From Isurus oxyrinchus (Eukaryota): 64,000 bases of DNA. This document shows, piece by piece, positions 1-10,276 of the stretch; positions within the stretch are counted from its first letter, which is position 1; each line of letters opens with the position of its first letter. The stretch is from contig JANJGN010000002.1 in the NCBI GenBank assembly GCA_026770705.1, positions 106,888,001-106,952,000 of the forward strand, written 5' to 3'. The translations under genes were made by a program, and so were the position numbers. The notes below the pieces were generated by a model, which had not been told where the DNA came from, searched no databases, and was given only the letters and a program-made list of their open reading frames with translations.

Positions 1-1
1 A

Positions 2-9
2 ATTTGCAT
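2..9 (+). promoter_or_regulatory. Octamer (DSE) of U5 copy 1; recurs in every unit
   Basis: ATTTGCAT about 210 bp upstream of the U5 start, the usual DSE position in vertebrate snRNA genes. Confidence 0.85.
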
Positions 10-150
10 ATCGTGCAAGATTTGCAGCTGGCATGAGCGATGCTTGTTGCAGTCAATATTCTGACATTATAAAGAAAGATTTCCATGATTTCAGTCGCTG
101 GAAATTGGTGTCTTTTCATATTCTGAGTCTTTAGGAGAACTGTTAGTTTG

Positions 151-168
151 TCACCATGGCTATAGGAG
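151..168 (+). promoter_or_regulatory. Proximal sequence element (PSE) of U5 copy 1; recurs in every unit
   Basis: TCACCATGGCTATAGGAG at about -62 to -45 resembles the vertebrate PSE (TCACC-led). No TATA box follows, as expected for a Pol II snRNA promoter. Confidence 0.8.
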
Positions 169-212
169 AGGGCTCTCACTTCTCACCAAGGTTTTTGTAC
201 CTGCTCTTTCAT

Positions 213-327
213 AAGTTCCCAATTCTCTTCAATTCGTATAAATCTTTCGCCTTTTACTAAAGATTTCCGTGGAGAGAATTGATTGAGAGTTTTGAAGCAA
301 TTTTTGAATGCCTGACCTCAGGCAGGT
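213..327 (+). ncRNA. RNU5: U5 snRNA copy 1 (loop 1 and Sm site intact)
   Basis: ATAAATCTTTCGCCTTTTACTAAAGATTTCCGTGGAGAG matches the vertebrate U5 core. Loop 1 GCCUUUUAC at 249-257, Sm site AAUUUUUG at 299-306, 3' hairpin TGCCTG-ACCT-CAGGCA at 309-324. Ends are +/-2 nt. Confidence 0.96.
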
Positions 328-340
328 TTACTTGTCCAAT

Positions 341-353
341 GTGCAAAAACAGA
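341..353 (+). terminator. snRNA 3' box (Integrator processing signal); recurs in every unit
   Basis: GTGCAAAAACAGA about 14 nt after the U5 end resembles the GTTYN0-3AAARNNAGA consensus. Confidence 0.75.
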
Positions 354-870
354 TGCCATTCAAGCTATTTTTTCTGCCTGACTACTTTTTCTGCATATCA
401 GTAGTGCTCCAGCGTGTTGCAATGCACAGCATTATTACAGCAGCCTTTCCAAAAAAAACACCATGAATCGATGCACTTTCCCAATCCTGATGCTGTCACG
501 ACGCTAGGTCTTTTCACTCTTGATGCTTTCTACCTTCTGTGTTTCGCATTCCCCTCATAGCTGAGCCCTCGCTGACTGTTCTCAACTGTGTCTCCGCGTG
601 CCTTGATAATTCTTCAAGCAAGCTGCTCATATTGAAAACAACACCCATAGATTGCGTCAGCTACCGGATTGATCAATTGCCTCCACAGGCCCCTTCTCGT
701 CTTCAAAGCACCAGTATAGTACGACTCCTTGCTTTAGTTTGTAACAACAAACAAATGTATTGTACTGAACAAGCAAGGAAATAACAGAAGTTTAAGACAT
801 ACCTTTTCAAAGTTCATTCATAACTTTCCTAACTCCATGTTTAAGGGAAACCAGTAAATGTTCTGCAAAG

Positions 871-1008
871 ATAAAAGCAAAATACTGCACATGCTGGGAA
901 ACTGAAGCAAAAACAAAAATAGCTGGAAAACTCAGCAGGTCTGACAGCATCTGTGGAGAGGAAGTCAGAGTTATCGTTTCCAGTCCGTATGAGTCTTCAT
1001 CAGACCTC
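871..1008 (-). mobile_element. Old Penelope-like (PLE) terminal fragment with decayed hammerhead motif; present in every unit
   Basis: The minus strand reads CTGATGA-AGACTCATACGGACTG-GAAACGATAACT...CCACAGATGCTGTCAGACCTGCTGAGTTTTCCAGC. It is visibly homologous to the young insertion at 10140-10276 and resembles a common shark repeat (recalled). Confidence 0.7.
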
Positions 1009-1258
1009 CATCAGAAGTGGTCTGCAAAGCTGCGCTAAACTGAGCGTAATCCAATGCCACATTTTACCCATCTGTTTGGCTTTACTTCAACATCAATGAG
1101 TACTCTCTTCTTGAATGACAGGCTTCGTGGCACCCAGGCGCATTATCTTTGAATGTTATTGATTTCAAAGCGAAAGTCATTGATTGAAAGGCTTTTGTTT
1201 GCAATGTACAAAGTATCCAATCAATTCATAGTTAGCTTCTTATCAGACACGTCAAGAT

Positions 1259-1520
1259 AAAGACAGACTTGCATTATTTATCACTTCTCAAGTCCTCTGG
1301 ACGTCCCAAATGTCATCACTGCTAATCACGTGTTTGTGACGTCTAGTCACTTGTGATGTAGGAAATGCGGCAAGTAATGTGCACACAACAAACAGCAATG
1401 TGAGAATCACCAGGTAAAATGTTGTCATAAAGTGGATTCAAGACAAAACGTTGCTCACGCTACTGGGGAAGAACGTGCTGCTCATATCTGAACAGAATAA
1501 CCAGCACGGTTTCTTTTCAA
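1259..1520 (-). mobile_element. Degenerate DeuSINE/SacSINE1-like fragment (3' part); present in every unit
   Basis: GACTTGCATT...GGACGTCCCAAA...GTCAC..TGTAGGAAATGCGGCA...ACAAACAGCAATGTGA matches the recalled reverse complement of the shark SacSINE1 Deu domain and tail. Boundaries approximate. Confidence 0.7.
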
Positions 1521-1781
1521 CTGTATACCTTCAGTCCACTCTACAGAAACCTGACTCGGGACAAGCAACTTGGAAGTTGAAACTTTGTTCGAGCTAAGTG
1601 AGGGTGTTATATCTGTCAGTGAAGCTGCTTCTTCAGAACTTTTTCATTATCACTGAATAAATTGGACCAATGCCAAGCCTCACTCAGAGATCCAGGTCAC
1701 TTTTTGCCCCAAATGTTTCGGAGTTCCACAAGTGACTACGCATGCCTGCATGTTAGCATTTAAATGCAGTTTTTGTGCAAA

Positions 1782-1797
1782 AGCACAAGCTTGTGCT
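1782..1797. repeat. Perfect 16-bp palindrome AGCACAAGCTTGTGCT, in nearly every unit
   Basis: Equals its own reverse complement and lies just 5' of the + strand SINE. Confidence 0.85.
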
Positions 1798-2220
1798 GTA
1801 GCATTCTTGCCTCTCACTTGCAGAACTGTAATTTCAAGCCAAATCGCAAGGTTGGAGTGCAAAAATGCAGTTGACACACAAGTGATTTACTGAGGGTGTG
1901 CTGCGCTCTCAGAAGTGCTATGACGAGCATTTTACGTGAATCCGAAGCCATATCTCCCTTCTCTTGGGATGGTAAGAGGTCCCCTGGCGCTATTCCAATG
2001 AATAACAGGGGGCTCCTACCTGCTGTCGTGGGCAATATTTAGCTCTCGGTCAGTATCATAAAAGACACGCACTATCTCCTCGATGCCGAATTGCTGTCTG
2101 GCGTTTGCAAGCTACCTGCACGTTGGTGACATTAGAGCAGTGAACACATTTGAAACGCATTTCTTTGCCTGGAAAGTGCTTTCAGATTCGTGGCAATGAT
2201 CAAACGCGCTCTATAAATGT
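1798..2220 (+). mobile_element. Near full-length degenerate DeuSINE/SacSINE1-like tRNA-derived SINE; present in every complete unit
   Basis: Collinear blocks match the recalled consensus: GTAGCA(C/T)TCTT.CCTCT..TTCAAG (tRNA head), TACTGAGGGTGTGCTGC, TCCCCTGGCGCTATT, GCAATATTTA, ATTGCTGT, AAAGTGCTTT, GCGCTCTATAAATG (tail). Confidence 0.75.
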
Positions 2221-2270
2221 GTCGCTGTTTTAACATATTGAGCCTTGACGAGAGTGCACAAAAAATCAAT

Positions 2271-2305
2271 TACCCCAAAGTGCAATGTTGAACATGAATT
2301 TGCAT
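2271..2305 (+). promoter_or_regulatory. DSE of U5 copy 2: SPH/Staf(ZNF143)-like motif plus octamer; recurs in every unit
   Basis: TACCCCAAAGTGCAATG (similar to the ZNF143 motif YYCCCANNRTGCAWYG) lies next to ATTTGCAT at 2298-2305, about 205-240 bp upstream of U5. Confidence 0.75.
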
Positions 2306-2508
2306 ATCGTGCAAGATTTGCAGCTGGCATGAGCGATGCTTGTTGCAGTCAATATTCTGGCATTGTAAAGAAAGATTTCCATGATTTTAGTCGCTGGAAA
2401 TTGGTGTCTTTTCATATTCTGAGTATTTTGGAGAACTGTTAGCTTGTCACCACGGCTTTAGGAGAGGGCTCTCACTTCTCACCAAGGATATTGTACCTGC
2501 TCTTTCAT

Positions 2509-2622
2509 AAGCTCCCAATTCTCTTCAATTCGTATAAATCTTTTGCTTTTACTAAAGATTTCCGTGGAGAGAATTGATTGAGAATTTTGAAGCAATTTTT
2601 GAATGCCTGACCTCAGGCAGGT
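2509..2622 (+). ncRNA. RNU5: U5 snRNA copy 2 (1-nt loop 1 deletion; possibly defective)
   Basis: Reads TTTTGCTTTTACT in place of TTTCGCCTTTTACT; the rest matches copy 1 closely. Confidence 0.85.
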
Positions 2623-4802
2623 TTACTTGTCCAATGTGCAAAAACAGATGCCATTCAAGCTATTTTTTCTACCTGACTACTTTTTCTGCATATCAGTAGT
2701 GTTCCAGCGTGTTGCAATGCACAGCATTATTACAGCAGCCTTTCCAAAAAAAACATCATGAATCGAAGCACTTTCCCAATCCTGATGCTGTCACGACGCT
2801 AGGTCTTTTCACTCTTGATGCTTTCTTCCTTCTGTGTTTCGCATTCCCCTCATAGCTGAGCCCTCGCTGACTGTTCTCAACTGTGTCTCCGCGTGCCTTG
2901 ATAATTCTTCAAGCAAGCTCCTCATATTGAAAACAACACCCATAGATTGCGTCAGCTACCGGATTGATCAATTGCCTCCACAGGCCCCTTCTCGTCTTCA
3001 AAGCACCAGTATAGTACGACTCCTTGCTTTAGTTTGTAACAACAAACAAATGTATTGTACTGAACAAGCAAGGAAATAACAGAAGTTTAAGACATACCTT
3101 TTCAAAGTTCATTCATAACTTTCCTAACTCCATGTTTAAGGGAAAACAGTAAATGTTCTGCAAAGATAAAAGCAAAATACTGCACATGCTGGGAAACTGA
3201 AGCAAAAACAAAAATAGCTGGAAAACTCAGCAGGTCTGACAGCATCTGTGGAGAGGAAGTCAGAGTTATCGTTTCCAGTCCGTATGAGTCTTCATCAGAC
3301 CTCCATCAGAAGTGGTCTGCAAAGCTGGGCTAAACTGAGCGTAATCCAATGCCACATTTTACCCATCTGTTTGGCTTCACTTCAACATCTATGAGCGCTC
3401 TCTTCTTGAATGACAGGCTTCGTGGCACCCAGGCGCATTATCTTTGAAAGTCATTGATTTCAAAGCGAAAGTCATTGATTGAAAGGCTTTTGTTTGCAAT
3501 GTACAAAGTATCCAATCAATTCATACTTAGCTTCTTATCAGACACGTCAAGGTAAAGACAGACTTGCATTATTTATCACTTCTCAAGTCCTCTGGACGTC
3601 CCAAATGTCATCACAGCTAATCACGTGTTTGTGACGTCTAGTCACTTGTGATGTAGGAAATGCGGCAAGTAATGTGCACACAACAAACAGCAATGTGAGA
3701 ATCACCAGGTAAAATGTTGTCATAAAGTGGATTCAAGACAAAACGTTGCTCACGCTACTGGGGAAGAACATGCTGCTCATATCTGAACAGAATAACCAGC
3801 ACGGTTTCTTTTCAACTGTATACCTTCAGTCCACTCTCCAGAAACCTGACTCGGGACAAGCAACTTGGAAGTTGAAACTTTGTTCGAACTAAGTGAGGGT
3901 GTTATATCTGTCAGTGAAGCTGCTTCTTCAGAACTTTTTCATTATGACTGAATAAATTGGACCAATGCCAAGCCTCACGCAGAGATCCAGGTCACTTTTT
4001 GCCCCAAATGTTTCGGAGTTCCACATGTGACTACGCATGCCTGCATTGTAGCATTTAAATGCAGTTTTTGTGCAAAAGCACAAGCTTGTGCTGTAGCACT
4101 CTTCCTCTCACTTGCAGAAATGTTATTTCAAGCCAAATCGCAAGGTTTGAGTGCAACAATGCAGTTCACACACAAGTGGTTTACTGAGGGTGTGCTGCGC
4201 TCTCAGAAGTGCTATGACATGCATTTTACGTGAATCCGAAGCCACATCTCCCTTCTCTTGGGATGGTAAGAGGTCCCCTGGCGCTATTCCAATGAATAAC
4301 AGGGGGCTCCTACCTGCTGTCGTGGGCAATATTTAGCTCTCGGTCAGTATCATAAAAGACACGCACTATCTCCTCGTTGCCGAATTGCTGTCTGGCGTTT
4401 GCAAGTTACCTGCACGTTGGTGACATTAGAGCAGTGAACACATTTGAAACGCATTTCTTTGCCTGGAAAGTGCTTTCAGATTCGTGGCAATGATCAAACG
4501 CGCTCTATAAATATGTCGCTGTTTTAACATATTGAGCCTTGACGAGAGTGCACAAAAAATCAATTACCCCAAAGTGCAATGTTGAACATGAATTTGCATA
4601 TCGTGCAAGATTTGCAGCTGGCATGAGCGATGCTTGTTGCAGTCAATATTCTGGCATTGTAAAGAAAGATTTCCATGATTTTAGTCGCTGGAAATTGGTG
4701 CCTTTTCATATTCTGAGTCTTTAGGAGAACTGTTAGTTTGTCACCATGGCTTTAGGAGAGGGCTCTCACTTCTCACCAAGGATATTGTACCTGCTCTTTT
4801 AT

Positions 4803-4917
4803 AAGCTCCCAATTCTCTTCAATTCGTATAAATCTTTCGCCTTTTACTAAAGATTTCTGTGGAGAGAATTGATTGAGAATTTTGAAGCTATTTTTGAATG
4901 CCTGATGTCAGGCAGGT
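4803..4917 (+). ncRNA. RNU5: U5 snRNA copy 3
   Basis: Loop 1 intact; CCG>CTG, Sm site UAUUUUUG, 3' loop altered. Confidence 0.9.
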
Positions 4918-7098
4918 TTACTTGTCCAATGTGCAAAAACAGATGCCATTCAAGCTATTTTTTCTGCCTGACTTCTTTTTCTGCATATCAGTAGTGCTCC
5001 AGCGTGTTGCAATGCACAGCATTATTACAGCAGCCTTTCCAAAAAAAACACCATGAATCGATGCACTTTCCCAATCCTGATGCTGTCACGACGCTAGGTC
5101 TTTTCACTCTTGATGCTTTCTACCTTCTGTGTTTCGCATTCCCCTCATAGCTGAGCCCTCGCTGACTGTTCTCAACTGTGTCTCCGCGTGCCTTGATAAT
5201 TCTTCAAGCAAGCTTCTCATATTGAAAACAACACCCATAGATTGCGTCAGCTACCGGATTGATCAATTGCCTCCACAGGCCCCTTCTCGTCTTCAAAGCA
5301 CCAGTATAGTACGACTCCTTGCTTTAGTTTGTAACAACAAACAAATGTATTGTACTGAACAAGCAAGGAAATAACAGAAGTTTAAGACATACCTTTTCAA
5401 AGTTCATTCATAACTTTCCTAACTCCATGTTTAAGGGAAACCAGTAAATGTTCTGCAAAGATAAAAGCAAAATACTGCACATGCTGGGAAACTGAAGCAA
5501 AAACAAAAATAGCTGGAAAACTCAGCAGGTCTGACAGCATCTGTGGAGAGGAAGTCAGAGTTATCGTTTCCAGTCCGTATGAGTCTTCATCAGACCTCCA
5601 TCAGAAGTGGTCTGTAAAGCTGGGCTAAACTGAGCGTAATCCAATGCCACATTTTACCCATCTGTTTGGCTTTACTTCAACATCTATGAGCGCTCTCTTC
5701 TTGAATGACAGGCTTCGTGGCACCCAGGCGCATTATCTGTGAAAGTCATTGATTTCAAAGCGAAAGTCATTGATTGAAAGGCTTTTGTTTGCAATGTACA
5801 AAGTATCCAATCAATTCATACTTAGCTTCTTATCAGACACGTCAAGATAAAGACAGACTTGCATTATTTATCACTTCTCAAGTCCTCTGGACGTCCCAAA
5901 TGTCATCACTGCTAATCACGTGTTTGTGACGTCTAGTCACTTGTGATGTAGGAAATGCGGCAAGTAATGTGCACACAACAAACAGCAATGTGAGAATCAC
6001 CAGGTAAAATGTTGTCATAAAGTGGATTCAAGACAAAACGTTGCTCACGCTACTGGAGAAGAACATGCTGCTCATATCTGAACAGAATAACCAGCACGGT
6101 TTCTTTTCAACTGTATACCTTCAGTCCACTCTCCAGAAACCTGACTCGGGACAAGCAACTTGGAAGTTGAAACTTTGTTCGAGCTAAGTGAGGGTGTTAT
6201 ATCTGTCAGTGAAGCTGCTTCTTCAGAACTTTTTCATTATCACTGAATAAATTGGACCAATGCCAAGCCTCACTCAGAGATCCAGGTCACTTTTTGCCCC
6301 AAATGTTTCGGAGTTCCACATGTGACTACGCATGCCTGCATGTTAGCATTTAAATGCAGTTTTTGTGCAAAAGCACAAGCTTGTGCTGTAGCATTCTTGC
6401 CTCTCACTTGCAGAACTGTAATTTCAAGCCAAATCGCAAGGTTGGAGTGCAAAAATGCAGTTGACACACAAGTGATTTACTGAGGGTGTGCTGCGCTCTC
6501 AGAAGTGCTATGACGTGCATTTTACGTGAATCCGAAGCCATATCTCCCTTCTCTTGGGATGGTAAGAGGTCCCCTGGCGCTATTCCAATGAATAACAGGG
6601 GGCTCCTACCTGCTGTCGTGGGCAATATTTAGCTCTCGGTCAGTATCATAAAAGACACGCACTATCTCCTCGATGCCGAATTGCTGTCTGGCGTTTGCAA
6701 GCTACCTGCACGTTGGTGACATTAGAGCAGTGAACACATTTAAAACGCATTTCTTTGCCTGGAAAGTGCTTTCAGATTCGTGGCAATGATCAAACGCGCT
6801 CTATAAATGTGTCGCTGTTTTAACATATTGAGCCTTGACGAGAGTGCACAAAAAATCAATTACCCCAAAGTGCAATGTTGAACATGAATTTGCATATCGT
6901 GCAAGATTTGCAGCTGGCATGAGCGATGCTTGTTGCAGTCAATATTCTGGCATTGTAAAGAAAGATTTCCATGATTTTATTCGCTGGAAATTGGTCTCTT
7001 TTCATATTCTGAGTCTTTAGGAGAACTGTTAGTTTGTCACCACGGCTTTGGGAGAGGGCTCTCACTTCTCACCAAGGATATTGTACCTGCTCTTTTAT

Positions 7099-7213
7099 AA
7101 GTTCACAATTCTCTTCAATTCGTATAAATCTTTCGCCTTTTACTAAAGATTTCCGTGGAGAGAATTGATGGAGAGTTTTGACGCAATTTTTGAATGCCTG
7201 ACCTCAGGCAGGT
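7099..7213 (+). ncRNA. RNU5: U5 snRNA copy 4
   Basis: Loop 1 and Sm site intact; several private SNPs near the base of the stem. Confidence 0.92.
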
Positions 7214-9394
7214 TTACTTGTGCAACGTGCAAAAACAGATGCCATTCCAGCTATTTTTTCTGCCTGACTACTTTTTCCGCATATCAGTAGTGTTCCAGCG
7301 TGTTGCAATGCACAGCATTATTACAGCAGCCTTTCCAAAAAAAACACCATGAATCGATGCACTTTCCCAATCCTGATGCTGTCACGACGCTAGGTCTTTT
7401 CACTCTTGATGCTTTCTACCTTCTGTGTTTCGCATTCCCCTCATAGCTGAGCCCTCGCTGACTGTTCTCAACTGTGTCTCCGCGTGCCTTGATAATTCTT
7501 CAAGCAAGCTGCTCATATTGAAAACAACACCCATAGATTGCGTCAGCTACCGGATTGATCAATTGCCTCCACAGGCCCCTTCTCGTCTTCAAAGCACCAG
7601 TATAGTACGACTCCTTGCTTTAGTTTGTAACAACAAACAAATGTATTGTACTGAACAAGCAAGGAAATAACAGAAGTTTAAGACATACCTTTTCAAAGTT
7701 CATTCATAACTTTCCTAACTCCATGTTTAAGGGAAACCAGTAAATGTTCTGCAAAGATAAAAGCAAAATACTGCACATGCTGGGAAACTGAAGCAAAAAG
7801 AAAAATAGCTGGAAAACGCAGCAGGTCTGACAGCATCTGTGGAGAGGAAGTCAGAGTTATCGTTTCCAGTCCGTATGAGTCTTCATCAGACCTCCATCAG
7901 AAGTGGTCTGCAAAGCTGCGCTAAACTGAGCGTAATCCAATGCCACATTTTACCCATCTGTTTGGCTTTACTTCAACATCAATGAGTACTCTCTTCTTGA
8001 ATGACAGGCTTCGTGGCACCCAGGCGCATTATCTTTGAAAGTCATTGATTTCAAAGCTAAAGTCATTGATTGAAAGGCTTTTGTTTGCAATGTACAAAGT
8101 ATCCAATCAATTCATACCTAGCTTCTTATCAGACACGTCAAGATAAAGACAGACTTGCATTATTTATCACTTCTCAAGTCCTCTGGACGTCCCAAATGTC
8201 ATCACAGCTAATCACGTGTTTGTGACGTCTAGTCACTTGTGATGTAGGAAATGCGGCAAGTAATGTGCACACAACAAACAGCAATGTGAGAATCACCAGG
8301 TAAAATGTTATCATGAAGTGGATTCAAGACAAAACGTTGCTCACGCTACTGGAGAAGAACATGCTGCTCATATCTGAACAGAATAACCAGCACGGTTTCT
8401 TTTCAACTGTATACCTTCAGTCCACTCTCCAGAAACCTGACTCGGGACAAGCAACTTGGAAGTTGAAACTTTGTTCGAGCTAAGTGAGGGTGTTATATCT
8501 GTCAGTGAAGCTGCTTCTTCAGAACTTTTTCATTATCACTGAATAAATTGGACCAATGCCAAGCCTCACTCAGAGATCCAGGTCACTTTTTGCCCCAAAT
8601 GTTTCGGAGTTCCACAAGTGACTACGCATGCCTGCATGTTAGCATTTAAATGCAGTTTTTGTGCAAAAGCACAAGCTTGTGCTGTAGCATTCTTGCCTCT
8701 CACTTGCAGAACTGTAATTTCAAGCCAAATCGCAAGGTTGGAGTGCAAAAATGCAGTTGACACACAAGTGATTTACTGAGGGTGTGCTGCGCTCTCAGAA
8801 GTGCTATGACGTGCATTTTACTTGAATCCGAAGCCATATCTCCCTTCTCTTGGGATGGTAAGAGGTCCCCTGGCGCTATTCCAATGAATAACAGGGGGCT
8901 CCTACCTGCTGTCGTGGGCAATATTTAGCTCTCGGTCAGTATCATAAAAGACACGCACTATCTCCTCGTTGCCGAATTGCTGTCTGGCGTTTGCAAGCTA
9001 CCTGCACCTTGGTGACATTAGAGCAGTGAACACATTTGAAACGCATTTCTTTGCCTGGAAAGTGCTTTCAGATTCGTGGCAATGATCAAACGCGCTCTAT
9101 AAATGTGTCGCTGTTTTAACATATTGAGCCTTGACGAGAGTGCACAAAAAATCAATTACCCCAAAGTGCAATGTTGAACATGAATTTGCATATCGTGCAA
9201 GATTTGCAGCTGGCATGAGCGATGCTTGTTGCAGTCAATATTCTGGCATTGTAAAGAAAGATTTCCATGATTTTAGTCGCTGGAAATTGGTGTCTTTTCA
9301 TATTCTGAGTCTTTAGGAGAACTGTTAGTTTGTCACCACGGCTTTAGGAGAGGGCTCTCACTTCTCACCAAGGATATTGTACCTGCTCTTTCAT

Positions 9395-9509
9395 AAGCTC
9401 CCAATTCTCTTCAATTCGTATAAATCTTTTGCCTTTTACTAAAGATTTCCGTGGAGAGAATTGATTGAGAATTTTGAAGCAATTTTTGAATGCCTGACCT
9501 CAGGCAGGT
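9395..9509 (+). ncRNA. RNU5: U5 snRNA copy 5
   Basis: GCCUUUUAC intact with the preceding C>T; Sm site intact. Confidence 0.92.
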
Positions 9510-10016
9510 TGACTTGTCCAATGTGCAAAAACAGATGCCATTCAAGCTATTTTTTCTGCCTGACTACTTTTTCTGCATATCAGTAGTGTTCCAGCGTGTT
9601 GCAATGCGCAGCATTATTACAGCAGCCTTTCCAAAAAAAGCACCATGAATCGATGCACTTTCCCAATCCTGATGCTGTCACGACGCTAGGTCTTTTCACT
9701 CTTGATGCTTTCTACCTTCTGTGTTTCGCATTCCCCTCATAGCTGAGCCCTCGCTGACTGTTCTCAACTGTGTCTCCGCGTGCCTTGATAATTCTTCAAG
9801 CAAGCTGCTCATATTGAAAACAACACCCATAGATTGCGTCAGCTACCGGATTGATCAATTGCCTCCACAGGCCCCTTCTCGTCTTCAAAGCACCAGTATA
9901 GTACGACTCCTTGCTTTAGTTTGTAACAACAAACAAATGTATTGTACTGAACAAGCAAGGAAATAACAGAAGTTTAAGACATACCTTTTCAAAGTTCATT
10001 CATAACTTTCCTAACT

Positions 10017-10276
10017 TGTTCGGGTCTGGCAGCATCGGCGGAGAAGAAAAGAGTTGACGTTTCGAGTCTTCATGACCCTTCGACAGAACTTGATTTCGAG
10101 TCCAGGAAAGAGTTGAACTCTTTCCTGGACTCGAAATCAAGTTCTGTCGAAGGGTCATGAAGACTCGAAACGTCAACTCTTTTCTTCTCTGCCGATGCTG
10201 CCAGACCTGCTGACTTTTTCCAGGTAATTCTGTTTTTGTTTTGGATTTCCAGCATCCGCAGTTCTCTTTGTTTTTA
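10017..10276 (+). mobile_element. Young Penelope-like insertion with inverted 5' duplication (copy 1)
   Basis: Absent from most units. Flanked by TTTCCTAACT at 10007-10016 and 10277-10286. Palindrome arms are 10023-10114 and 10116-10207. Confidence 0.85.
10140..10178 (+). ncRNA. Minimal type I hammerhead ribozyme-like motif (mirror copy on - strand at 10052-10090)
   Basis: AGTT-CTGTCGA-A-GGGTC-ATGAA-GACTC-GAAA-CGTC^AACT gives stem I AGTT/AACT, stem II GGGTC/GACTC, a palindromic ACGT stem III and a GUC site. The core has U instead of the canonical A6. Confidence 0.65.

Noticed and set aside
539-784. 81-aa ORF MFRIPLIAEP... open in all 28 units
   Set aside because: GTG start, no recognisable domain, and most of the variants seen change amino acids. 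Persistence is explained by near-identity of the units.
2211-2218. TATAAA as a U5 TATA box
   Set aside because: It is about 300 bp upstream, beyond the DSE, and is part of the SINE 3' tail.
1680-2442. Other 60-73 aa ORFs repeated in each unit
   Set aside because: They overlap SINE relics or the U5 promoter, mostly use non-ATG starts, and appear or vanish with single SNPs.
3446-3487. 21-bp tandem duplication GAAAGTCATTGATT... in each unit; possible CRISPR-like or regulatory repeat
   Set aside because: Only two imperfect copies with no spacers; ordinary slippage duplication in a eukaryotic context.
10017-10276. Insert as a MITE/DNA transposon
   Set aside because: The inverted arms are not terminal; ~70 bp of unique tail follows the right arm. 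The hammerhead motif fits a Penelope-like origin better.
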